The notes below the pieces were generated by a model that was given only the letters and a program-made list of their open reading frames with translations, was not told where the DNA came from and made no database searches. A stretch of DNA of 64,000 bases from the NCBI GenBank assembly GCA_039930985.1, contig JBDTSV010000175.1, forward strand, positions 10,437-74,436, in the 5' to 3' direction. The DNA is from Pseudomonadota bacterium (GTDB lineage Bacteria > Pseudomonadota > Gammaproteobacteria > Steroidobacterales > Steroidobacteraceae). Shown piece after piece: positions 55,795 through 64,000 of this stretch (the stretch's first letter is position 1; each line of letters begins with the position of its first letter). The translations under genes were made by a program, and so were the position numbers.

Positions 55795-56637
55795 TCAGGG
55801 TAGAACGAGGTTGTAGGCCAGCATCCCGCCATGATCGAGAGGCACCCACGTGAGCTGCCCCAGTCGCACCGGTCCATACTGTCGACGTAGAACGTAGCGC
55901 GCCGTGGAAATTCCGATCGCGGCGCCCGCCACTGTATCCGACAACCAGTGGGCATTGTGATCCAGCCGCGCATAGCCGGTGTACGCTGCCACTCCGTAGC
56001 CGAGAGCCCGCCGAAACCATCGGTACCTGTCGTTGCCGGATTCCGCGAATACAGTGCCGATGGCGAACGCGGCCGAGGTGTGCATCGAGGGAAATGAATT
56101 GCCGCCGCTGCGCCACGCATTCGAGTCGCTGGTCGCGTCAGGACGATCGCGACCCGCCGCGAATTTCAGAAGATAGCTGGTCGCGGAGCTCAAGCCCGCA
56201 GCCTCGAGCATGCCCCACGACTCGGTGCGTCCGTCCTTGTCGCTCGTGACGGTCGCATAGAGCCAGGTAGCGGCGAGAATGCTCGCCGCCGGAATGGCGT
56301 CTTTCACCTCGTTCGAACTCGAACTGTCGCTCGATGTGATCGAGCTGCCGACGAAGTGATCCCGGACCTCGGTATCGTAGTGATGAGCGATGCCGATAGC
56401 CGCCACGGTGCCCCCGAAGTACACCCAGTCTCTGGCGTCCCACCGGAGCGGCGCGCTCAGGTAACACTTTACGTCGCTGACGACGCCGGCAGTGCGGCTG
56501 TCACACCCCTGATCGGACTGGCTATCATCTTTGCGGGTCCCCGCCGAATTGCCGGTGATCGGCAAGGCCGCGAGGAACGCGAACGCGAATACACGCCTGT
56601 ATGCAGGGGCAGACCTGAGCGCTCTGAGGATTTGCAT
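55795..56637 (-). CDS. PAP2-family acid phosphatase/lipid phosphatase
   Basis: The PAP2 tripartite motif is present: KFAAGRDRP ... PSMHTS ... SRLDHNAHWLSD-type (ARLDHNAHWLSDTVAG). Confidence 0.85.
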   Translation of the reverse strand: MQILRALRSAPAYRRVFAFAFLAALPITGNSAGTRKDDSQSDQGCDSRTAGVVSDVKCYLSAPLRWDARDWVYFGGTVAAIGIAHHYDTEVRDHFVGSSITSSDSSSSNEVKDAIPAASILAATWLYATVTSDKDGRTESWGMLEAAGLSSATSYLLKFAAGRDRPDATSDSNAWRSGGNSFPSMHTSAAFAIGTVFAESGNDRYRWFRRALGYGVAAYTGYARLDHNAHWLSDTVAGAAIGISTARYVLRRQYGPVRLGQLTWVPLDHGGMLAYNLVLP

Positions 56638-56867
56638 TCGGACTTAGACGTCACAGATTGTCCCTTCCCGTCTCGCGCCGCGAAATAAAGATTCTGGCCG
56701 GGAAGGGGGATATCCAATAGTAGCTAGAAGGCTCCGGTGGTTTCGCGCCGGGCCACCCGCGCCGGATCACGTTTCCACGCGTCGCCGAATGTCGCCGTGC
56801 CGAGGCTGAGCACCCGCCGGTTGAGATCGGACCGGCTGAGCTGTCTGAATTCAAAGGCGCAGCCTAA

Positions 56868-57038
56868 CTAGGCGTCGTCTTCTCGACGCTCCTGCGCCTC
56901 GATCTCGCGGTTTCTCTGCCGGGCCCGATCGAGGACGTCGGGCGGCGCCAGGGGAGTGCGCCTGCCGCGCAACAAGCCGAGCAAACCACCGATGAGCAGC
57001 GCGATGACGACTATCGTGGCGATGACAAATTTCGTCAT
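56868..57038 (-). CDS. small single-TM protein (DUF2897-like), hand-called
   Basis: Not in the ORF track because it is under 60 aa. ATG at 57038, TAG at 56868-56870. It translates to MTKFVIATIVVIALLIGGLLGLLRGRRTPLAPPDVLDRARQRNREIEAQERREDDA. Confidence 0.4.
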   Translation of the reverse strand: MTKFVIATIVVIALLIGGLLGLLRGRRTPLAPPDVLDRARQRNREIEAQERREDDA

Positions 57039-57294
57039 GGCGACCGGCGGGCGACTCGCGGCTTTGAAGACTTCATACGCGCGACGCTAGCGGGCGCTCC
57101 AGTGCTTCACAAGAGGAATGTCGGCCGATTCGCCGCGATCAATGGCCGGCGCCCGCGCTGCGATGATCCGCATCGCCGCTGCGATGGACCGCGCGCGGAC
57201 CAATGCTCTTGCGACTCCAGTCCCGCTAGACTGCTTCGCAACATGGCCGATCCCGTCGGCCGCCCAGAATTCGCCGAACCGCCGGAGTTCCAGC

Positions 57295-59319
57295 ATGAAA
57301 TTCAGTTCGCTCGCCTTCTCTATTGGCCTGCTCGCCGTGGCTGGCAGTTCCACTGCCCGCGATCTGCCGGCAGTGGATGCGGCCGTTCGTCCGGGCGATG
57401 CCTTCTATCAGTACGTCAACGGCGCCTGGCTGAAGGCGACCGGCATTCCGGCAGATCGCAGCGCGATGAGCGACGCTGCTGTCCTGTCCGAGCAAGCTGA
57501 CCAGCGCACTCGCGAAATCATCCAGGCGACGGCGCAGGACAAGAACGCGACGTCCGATGCCAGGAAGATCGCCGACTTCTACAACGCGTTCATGGACGAG
57601 GCTGCGATCGAAAAACTCGGGCTCCAGCCCCTCGAACCACGGCTGCGCGAGATCGCCGCGATTCACGACCGCAAGTCGCTGTCGCGCGTGCTCGGCAGCC
57701 AGCTGCGAGCAGATGTCGATGTGCTCAACGCCACCGCGCTCTACACCGGCAATCTTCTCGGGCTCTGGGTGGCGCAGGATCTCGACGATCCGAGTCGATA
57801 CGTCGCGTTCCTGCTGCAGGGCGGGCTCGGCATGCCGGATCGCGACTACTACCTGGACGATTCGCCGCCGACGGCGGCAATTCGCGCCGCGTACACGCCC
57901 CATCTCGCCAAGGTGCTGGCCCTCGCCAAGGTCAAGGATGCAGACGCGAAAGCGGCGCGCATCTTCGACCTGGAGAAGCGCATGGCGACTGTGCATGGCC
58001 CGCGCGTCGATACCTTCGACGTGGTCAAGGCCAACAACCACTGGTCCGCCAAGGACTTCGATGCCAAGGCGCCGGGTCTGGACTGGCAGGAGTATTTCGC
58101 GGCCGCGGGACTAGGCAAGCAGACCGACTTCATCGTCTGGCAGCCCGCCGCGGTGACGGGCCTGTCGGCGCTGGTCGCCACCCAGCCGCTTGAAACCTGG
58201 AAGGACTACCTGGCCATCCGCCTGATCGAGCGCGCTTCGCCCTATCTGCCCAAGGCGTTCGTCGACGAGCGCTTCGAGTTCTATAACAAGACGCTAACCG
58301 GCACGCCGAAGCCACGCGATCGATGGAAGCGTGGCATCGCCGTGACCAACGTCGCGCTGGGCGATGCCGTCGGCAAGCTCTACTCGGCGCGCTACTTCAC
58401 GCCCGCGGAGAAGGCCCGCGCCGAGGCCATGGTCCACAACCTTATCGCCGCGTTCTCGCGGCGCATCGACCATCTCGACTGGATGGCGCCGGAAACCAAG
58501 GCGAAGGCGAAAGCGAAACTCGCCGTACTCAAGGTGGGCGTCGGCTATCCCGACCGCTGGATCGACTATTCCACGCTCACGATCCGCCCGGGCGATGCGC
58601 TCGGCAATGCCATGCGCGCGGAACTGTTCGAAACCCATCGCAATCTCGCCAAGCTCGGCAAGCCTGTCGACCGGTCCGAGTGGGTCATGACGCCGCAAAC
58701 CGTCAACGCCGTGAATCTTCCGGTGATGAACGCCATGAATTTCCCGGCCGCGATACTCCAGCCACCGTATTTCGACCCGAAGCGACCGGTGGTGATGGAC
58801 TACGGCGCGACGGGCGCGACCATCGGTCATGAGATCAGCCATAGCTTCGACGACCAGGGCGCGCAGTTCGACGCCACCGGGAAGCTCCACAACTGGTGGA
58901 CGCCCGAGGATTTCGCGCACTTCAAGCAGGCTTCGCAGCAACTCGCGAAGCAGTACGACCAGTACCGGCCGTTTCCAGATCTCGCGCTCAACGGTATGCA
59001 GGTGTTGAGCGAGAACATTGCCGATCTCGCCGGGCTCGCGGTCGCATATGACGCGTGGCGGCTGTCCCTCGACGGCAAGCCCGCGCCAGCGGTCGACGGA
59101 TTCTCGGGCGATCAGCAGTTCTTCATGAGCTTTGCGCAGAGCTGGCGCGCCAAAACGCGCGAACCGGCGCTGCGCCAGCAGATCATCACCGACGGTCACG
59201 CGCCCGACGAGTATCGCGCTGACACCGTTCGCAATCTCGATGACTGGTACAAGGCATTCGACATCAAACAGGGAGACATGCTGTTCCTCGCGCCGGATCA
59301 GCGCGTGCGAATCTGGTGA
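57295..59319 (+). CDS. pepO: M13-family zinc metallopeptidase (PepO/endothelin-converting-enzyme-like)
   Basis: Motifs HEISHSFDDQG and ENIADLAGL. Signal peptide MKFSSLAFSIGLLAVAGSSTA from the ATG at 57295. Confidence 0.9.
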   Translation: MKFSSLAFSIGLLAVAGSSTARDLPAVDAAVRPGDAFYQYVNGAWLKATGIPADRSAMSDAAVLSEQADQRTREIIQATAQDKNATSDARKIADFYNAFMDEAAIEKLGLQPLEPRLREIAAIHDRKSLSRVLGSQLRADVDVLNATALYTGNLLGLWVAQDLDDPSRYVAFLLQGGLGMPDRDYYLDDSPPTAAIRAAYTPHLAKVLALAKVKDADAKAARIFDLEKRMATVHGPRVDTFDVVKANNHWSAKDFDAKAPGLDWQEYFAAAGLGKQTDFIVWQPAAVTGLSALVATQPLETWKDYLAIRLIERASPYLPKAFVDERFEFYNKTLTGTPKPRDRWKRGIAVTNVALGDAVGKLYSARYFTPAEKARAEAMVHNLIAAFSRRIDHLDWMAPETKAKAKAKLAVLKVGVGYPDRWIDYSTLTIRPGDALGNAMRAELFETHRNLAKLGKPVDRSEWVMTPQTVNAVNLPVMNAMNFPAAILQPPYFDPKRPVVMDYGATGATIGHEISHSFDDQGAQFDATGKLHNWWTPEDFAHFKQASQQLAKQYDQYRPFPDLALNGMQVLSENIADLAGLAVAYDAWRLSLDGKPAPAVDGFSGDQQFFMSFAQSWRAKTREPALRQQIITDGHAPDEYRADTVRNLDDWYKAFDIKQGDMLFLAPDQRVRIW

Positions 59320-59338
59320 GCGGTCGCCATTGCCAGTG

Positions 59339-59362
59339 GCGGCCGCCGTCGGTGGCGGCCGC
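59339..59362. terminator. GC-rich hairpin between convergent genes
   Basis: gcggccgcc (59339-59347) pairs with ggcggccgc (59354-59362), with a 6-nt loop. It lies between the stops of the M13 and S41 genes. Confidence 0.45.
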
Positions 59363-59371
59363 GTCTGCTTG

Positions 59372-60676
59372 CTACTGATTGGTTCGGCCGCACTTCCACG
59401 GCGCATCTGGCGGCCGCTTCTTTGCCGCCAACTCGTGCGCCAGCTTCACGGCCGCGTCGAGTTCGGCGTCATCCGCCGGCGTGTTGGCCGCGGCAACGCC
59501 ACAAGGCACGAATGCCTCGCGTGGAGTGCCATTCACATGAAAGAGTTTTTCCGCCGGCACTCGCACGGGAATCTTTGAATTGGGGAGTTCGATCTGGCCG
59601 AGTGCGCCGAGCAGGTGGGCCATCGGTTCGCCAAGCACGGGCGCGCTGCGCGTGGCATTGAGCCCGATGGCGATTCCCTCGCCCATGCTGCCGGTCCAGT
59701 GGCCGGCGAGCACCACCACGGGCTGCGCAAACAGCGGATCGCGCGGCGCAACGTATTCAACCCAGATGCGGCGAACTCCGGTGTCGCGAAACTCCGCCAC
59801 CAATTCATGCCGTTGATAGGGCATCGGTGTGCTGACGAAACGTCCCATGATTCCGCGCGCGACGGATGACACGCCGCCACTCGGCGTGTCGCGCAGGTCG
59901 ATCACCACGGCGCGCGCCTGTGCGAACTTCGCGAGCGCGTCGTCGAAGGCCTGCACCAGAGCATCCTCGTCGAGCGAATTGTTGAAGCGGATGTAGCCGA
60001 CGTCACCGAGCAGCTTCTGCGACAGCAACGCTTCGGGCCGATCGGTGTTGACGGGCGCAAAGGTGATATCCCGCGCGCCGCTGCCGTCGTTGATGGACAG
60101 GCGTATGGCATCGTTCGCGCGATGTCCGGCCAGCGCCAGCTGCAGCGCCCATTCCCGGGCGGCCGCATCGGGCGCGGTGAGAAGCTTTGGTTCGAGCGCG
60201 GCGACCGCGGTTTCGACCGGCTCGCCATCGACGGCGAGAACCTGCATGCCGGGGCGTACGCCGGCGCTCTTCGCCGGGGAGTTGTCGCGTACGGCGACAA
60301 CCAGCGCCTTACCCGCGCGCCAGCTGCCGAAGATCTGCGATTGCGTCGGGACGAGCCGCGGAGATTTGTCGGTGTTGGTTCCGAGGTGCGCATGGTGATC
60401 GTAGATCTCGGCCATGGCCCGCTCGAGGACACCGATGAATGCGTCGCGGTCGGCGGCCGCGGCGGCGCGCGGGGCATAGGACGCGCACGTTGCCGCCCAG
60501 TTCGTCTTCTTCAACTCGAAGTAGGCGTACTGCTCGCGCACGAAGTCGCAGAAGGCGGTGAAGTCAGCGCTGCGCTGTTCCGCGGAAATGAATGCTTGCT
60601 GCGCCGGGGCGCGCGCCGACAACGCCAGCATGGCGAGACCAGTGACTGCGAAACCGGTGGGAAGGCGCCAGTTCAT
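59372..60676 (-). CDS. S41-family peptidase with a PDZ domain
   Basis: Signal peptide MNWRLPTGFAVTGLAMLALSARAPA. PDZ-like segment VVAVRDNSPAKSAGVRPGMQVLAVDGEPV. The S41-like core reads VVIDLRDTPSGG...LAGHWTGSMGEGIA. Confidence 0.8.
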   Translation of the reverse strand: MNWRLPTGFAVTGLAMLALSARAPAQQAFISAEQRSADFTAFCDFVREQYAYFELKKTNWAATCASYAPRAAAAADRDAFIGVLERAMAEIYDHHAHLGTNTDKSPRLVPTQSQIFGSWRAGKALVVAVRDNSPAKSAGVRPGMQVLAVDGEPVETAVAALEPKLLTAPDAAAREWALQLALAGHRANDAIRLSINDGSGARDITFAPVNTDRPEALLSQKLLGDVGYIRFNNSLDEDALVQAFDDALAKFAQARAVVIDLRDTPSGGVSSVARGIMGRFVSTPMPYQRHELVAEFRDTGVRRIWVEYVAPRDPLFAQPVVVLAGHWTGSMGEGIAIGLNATRSAPVLGEPMAHLLGALGQIELPNSKIPVRVPAEKLFHVNGTPREAFVPCGVAAANTPADDAELDAAVKLAHELAAKKRPPDAPWKCGRTNQ

Positions 60677-60795
60677 GGGAAGTTCGCTCCGCTTTGTGTC
60701 CGACCTGAATTCAGGGCCGCGAAATGCTAGCAAAACGTTGACGATCGCGCCGGCAGTCAATGTTGCGCCGCTGGATATTCTCGTCGGCGGAGCCG

Positions 60796-61821
60796 TCAGT
60801 TCACCGGTGCCGGCGGCTCCTTCTTGCGCAATGCGTCCTTGAGCCCGACGACATCCTTGAGCATGCGATACCAGAACGGCGCGCCGAACGACATCAACAC
60901 CGCCATGAACAGGACGCCGAAGAGCCGATCCCAGCGAAAGACGCGTTCGTTGGCGGAATTCTTGTCGAAGTAATAGCTCATGTTCTCGAGCGGCTGGATG
61001 CCGACGCTCGACAGATCGGCGATGCTGCGTTTCGCGGCATCCAGGGATCGTTCACTCTGGAGGGCGAGTTCCTTCTCGACGAGCTTGCGGAATTCCTCGG
61101 CGAGTTCGTCGCGCCGGGGTTCGGAGTCCATCGCGGTTTCGAAATTCCCGACGAGATCGTCGACCGCCAACGCCTCGAACCGCAGCGCTCCGAGCTGCAC
61201 GGTGTATTCGGGATGCGCTTCGAGGAAGAGTGTCCGCGCTCGCAGACCCGGCGTCCCCTCGATGATCGATCGGTATTCATCGGGAGCGTCCTTCGCCAGT
61301 CGCTCGCCCATGGCCTCGGCCCGCGCACGAAATTCGGAGTCGGTGCGCAGCCGTTCGAAAAGCTCCGGAGCGCTGGCACCAAACCACAAGGCGACGATGA
61401 CCGAAGCGGCGACCGTGAGGCCCCGCGACCACTGCAGGTACTTGTCTTCCATGATGCGGCGCGTGCGGTCGAGCACGTGGCGTGCGACGGCCACACCTGA
61501 CTCCGGCACTTTCGCTTCGATCAGCGGCGTGATGACGTCCTTGTCCTCGAGCCAGGTGACGCGCGGATCCGTTTTCGCGGCGGCGACGGTCGCGACGACC
61601 AGATCGATGAGCTGCGAGGCATTCTTGTCTCCCTGGTCGATCTGCGCGCGGAGATTCTCTATTTTCTGCGCAATATCCGTTTCCACGACACCGAGCGCCA
61701 GCGCCTTGTGCCGACGTCGCATCAGGTTGGCGGCCGTTTGAACAAGAGCCGTGACGAGGATGCTGAGCAGCAGCACGATCGTCACGAAGCCGACGATGAT
61801 TCCGAGTATGTCGAGGAACAT
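60796..61821 (-). CDS. hypothetical three-TM membrane protein with a long helical loop
   Basis: TM helices at the N-terminus (ILGIIVGFVTIVLLLSILVTALV), mid-protein (LTVAASVIVALWFGA) and C-terminus (LFGVLFMAVLMSFGAPFW). Starts 18 nt after the MBL gene stop. No family recognised. Confidence 0.6.
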   Translation of the reverse strand: MFLDILGIIVGFVTIVLLLSILVTALVQTAANLMRRRHKALALGVVETDIAQKIENLRAQIDQGDKNASQLIDLVVATVAAAKTDPRVTWLEDKDVITPLIEAKVPESGVAVARHVLDRTRRIMEDKYLQWSRGLTVAASVIVALWFGASAPELFERLRTDSEFRARAEAMGERLAKDAPDEYRSIIEGTPGLRARTLFLEAHPEYTVQLGALRFEALAVDDLVGNFETAMDSEPRRDELAEEFRKLVEKELALQSERSLDAAKRSIADLSSVGIQPLENMSYYFDKNSANERVFRWDRLFGVLFMAVLMSFGAPFWYRMLKDVVGLKDALRKKEPPAPVN

Positions 61822-61839
61822 GGCTGATTCTCCGGTGCG

Positions 61840-63210
61840 TCAGTTCGCCGATATCCACGGCGTCCCCTTGTTGGCGGGAACGTCGTTCACGTCGAAAATC
61901 GGTGAGTCGTGTTTCGTGCCCACCTCGACGAGGCGGAAACGTTCTCCGTCGGTCTCGATGAGCAAGTGAGTGTCTTCCACGAGTTTCTGGATCTTCTGGT
62001 CGGTCGTGAGTTTCGCGCGGTCGAACTTGATCTCGTGCACATAGGTCGAATAGAAACGCTTGACGCCGCCGAGAGTCGTGATCGTGTCGAGCGACGGATG
62101 GCCGTAAGCCATGAATCCGGCGCCACCCATGGAGGCGGCGGACAGGATGGGCTTGAGCTTCTCGTGTTCGAGGAATTCCGGCGCGTTGTGATCGCTGCCG
62201 TGATGCGCGGCCTTGAAGACATCGACGTCGAGCAGCGCGGTGCGATGCTCATCCTCGAGATTCGCGACCACGTCGGGCTCGCTTTCCGTATTCAGGTCAC
62301 CGCTGAACAGCATCGAGAATTGGCCGTAGTCCAGACGAAACGCGACGCTGTTGCCGTTGGTGGTCTTGTCCCACTGCCCGTAGCCGCGCGGCCGCTTCAT
62401 CGGCCAGAGGGTCGTCACTGAAAGGGCGGGGCGCACGCCTGCCTTGGGGGCGTGGATGGCATCGAGCGGCCCGCAGCCGAAACAGGCCTGTTCAAACGAC
62501 TTCACCTTGTCGGGCTTGGTTTTCTGGACGATGGCGGCAGCGAAATCTCCGTAGTCGGAGTTGAACTCGTTGGCGGCGACACGAGCCTTGAGCACGCCGA
62601 ACGTGTCGACGAGGTAGAGCGCCTCGAGCGCTCCGGTCGAACTGAAGCGACCCAGCGAACGGTTCGTGTCGCCGATGAATCCGCCGGCGTTGCCAGTCAA
62701 CGGAATGTCGCGCACGCCGCGGCGAAACGAGGCGAGACCGCCAACGTAGACATTGGTGACCGCGATCGTGTCGTCTTCGAGCACACGGGTCAGGCCGACG
62801 ACGTGATCGCGGTCGTGATGCGTGAGCACCATGTGTTCGATGGTGACGCCGGTCGCGCCGTAGATCCGGTGCAGGAATTCCGGAGTCCTCCTGGCGAGAT
62901 TGACGGGCGACGCGCCACCATCGATCAGGATATTGACCGGATCCCCGGCAGGATTGCCGAGCGCGGTGCTCACGCTTTCCGGCAGCTCGATGAGGATGGC
63001 GTCGCCTTGCCCGACATCGATGAGCCAGATTCGCAGGCGCTGCTGCGTCGCAATGCTGTGCGGGGTTCGCGATTGTGTGCGCGCGATTCCAGGGACGTCA
63101 GGCGGAGTGGCGAAGCAGTGTGACGGTCCCGCCAGCAACGCGAGCATGCCGGCGAGCGCCAGTGGCCGCCGCGCGAATTTGCGCGGCGTACTCGATGCAA
63201 CATTGCCCAT
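61840..63210 (-). CDS. secreted MBL-fold metallo-hydrolase (ComEC-type beta-lactamase domain)
   Basis: Leader RRPLALAGMLALLAGPSHCFA. Motifs WLIDVGQGDAILIE, LTHHDRDHVVG and AAHHGS. Start chosen at the ATG at 63210. Confidence 0.8.
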   Translation of the reverse strand: MGNVASSTPRKFARRPLALAGMLALLAGPSHCFATPPDVPGIARTQSRTPHSIATQQRLRIWLIDVGQGDAILIELPESVSTALGNPAGDPVNILIDGGASPVNLARRTPEFLHRIYGATGVTIEHMVLTHHDRDHVVGLTRVLEDDTIAVTNVYVGGLASFRRGVRDIPLTGNAGGFIGDTNRSLGRFSSTGALEALYLVDTFGVLKARVAANEFNSDYGDFAAAIVQKTKPDKVKSFEQACFGCGPLDAIHAPKAGVRPALSVTTLWPMKRPRGYGQWDKTTNGNSVAFRLDYGQFSMLFSGDLNTESEPDVVANLEDEHRTALLDVDVFKAAHHGSDHNAPEFLEHEKLKPILSAASMGGAGFMAYGHPSLDTITTLGGVKRFYSTYVHEIKFDRAKLTTDQKIQKLVEDTHLLIETDGERFRLVEVGTKHDSPIFDVNDVPANKGTPWISAN

Positions 63211-63558
63211 GGGTCTACCCCTGTCGTTCATGTTCACCTGAGGGCTCGGGCGAGACTTATTAGACTTCTGCACTATCTCTGTCGCGAGGCCGCAGATTCT
63301 CCCACCTCGGCTCATGAAATTCGCATGACTTGCGCCCCCGCGCACCCTGGATTTCGCCGCGCAGAGGATAAACCTGCGCCGTGAGCGCGGGCTCGCCCGG
63401 AAAGAGCCCGCAACGTCTCAGCCCAAATAGCTTTCGTCCCGGCGCGGCCGTCTTTGCGGCCGCGCCCGCGGCCGCCGCGCTAACCACCGCGACACTTGTT
63501 GGCGCCTCATCGCCGCGCAATACTCGATTCAACGCAAACAATTGTTCATGGAGTGTTT

Positions 63559-64000
63559 ATGCGCAGGATGGCACTGTCCGCGGCTCTCGCTTTGCTCCTC
63601 GCCGGGCTCGCTCACGCGGCTGGCGACGATTACCCGGTCGGGCCGCTGCCGCACACGGTGAAGCCAAAAGCTTATCGACTCGCGCTCACCATCGATCCAT
63701 CGCGCAAGGATTTCAGCGGCCACACCGAGATCGACGCGACGCTCATCAAGCCGGCGCGCATCATCTTCCTGCACGGCAGCGACCTGCACGTGAGCCGCGC
63801 CAGGGTGAAGTCGAAATCGGGAGACCTTGCGGCCACGTATACGGAATTGGGGAAGTCGGGAGTCGTGCGACTCGATCTGCCGAAGGAATTGCCGGCCGGC
63901 GACATCACGCTTTCCTTCGACTATTCCGCCGATTTCCATGAGGGTGCCGAAGGCCTGTTCCATGCGGAAGTGGGCGGCGCCTGGTACGCGTGGACGCAGA
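63559..64000 (+). CDS. M1-family aminopeptidase N, N-terminal part (runs off the right edge)
   Basis: Hand-translated: MRRMALSAALALLLAGLAHAAGDDYPVGPLPHTVKPKAYRLALTIDPSRKDFSGHTEIDATL... This is the typical M1 N-terminal beta-domain pattern (P..Y.L.L..D.....F.G). The frame is open to the end of the window. Confidence 0.75.
   Translation, partial: MRRMALSAALALLLAGLAHAAGDDYPVGPLPHTVKPKAYRLALTIDPSRKDFSGHTEIDATLIKPARIIFLHGSDLHVSRARVKSKSGDLAATYTELGKSGVVRLDLPKELPAGDITLSFDYSADFHEGAEGLFHAEVGGAWYAWTQ

Noticed and set aside
54971-56116. Upstream 380 codons of the 481-aa ORF 54671-56116(-).
   Set aside because: It overlaps dgkA and the PAP2 gene out of frame. Only the last ~99 codons (the lipobox leader region) look genuine.
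1-64000. Search for a prophage, integrative element, IS element, tRNA/rRNA or CRISPR-Cas.
   Set aside because: I recognised no integrase, transposase, capsid, terminase or cas-like motifs in any frame. I saw no tRNA-like cloverleaf candidates in the intergenic regions inspected. The lower-GC patches lack flanking direct repeats that I could detect by eye.

Overview
This is a GC-rich chromosomal segment from a diderm (Gram-negative-type) bacterium. That assignment rests on lipoboxes, Sec and Tat leaders, a TonB-C-like domain and polysaccharide sugar genes. I can support about 50 protein-coding genes. I recognised no rRNA, tRNA, CRISPR array, transposase or integrase. Content from left to right: (1) a lower-GC pair of unknown genes, followed by a decayed copy of an oxidoreductase 3' end; (2) an exported RraA-like protein, a Tat-exported enolase-superfamily enzyme and a BASS symporter; (3) a cadherin/propeller lipoprotein; (4) a three-gene cassette of an SPFH-SHOCT protein, a double zinc-ribbon membrane protein and a small TM protein, next to an S8 protease; (5) lower-GC orphan genes: a PLC-fold-like protein, a GFA-like protein and a 7-blade propeller; (6) tandem transglutaminase-like paralogs, one of them catalytically dead, plus an M28 peptidase and a Sel1/TonB_C protein; (7) recQ; (8) a large dehydrogenase/HEAT/cytochrome c/discoidin lipoprotein; (9) two groEL relics flanking a secreted metzincin-like gene; (10) an orphan PAS histidine kinase, a frameshifted sialate O-acetylesterase and an aldo-keto reductase; (11) an 8-gene CDP-sugar, C-methyltransferase, GT2 and GtrA cluster; (12) a 1188-aa lipoprotein with 8 Ig-like repeats and a C-terminal ice-binding-like (DUF3494) domain; (13) HDOD, SDR, GH127, ThuA and GH39 genes; (14) dgkA and a PAP2 gene; (15) M13, S41 and M1 peptidases and an MBL-fold plus membrane-protein pair. 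The points most worth a second look are the SPFH/zinc-ribbon cassette, the enzyme/pseudoenzyme transglutaminase-like pair, the repeat adhesin-like protein with its glycosylation cluster, the gene relics, and three exported-protein genes whose leader peptide and body lie in different frames. All family calls come from motif recognition by eye. No database search was run.
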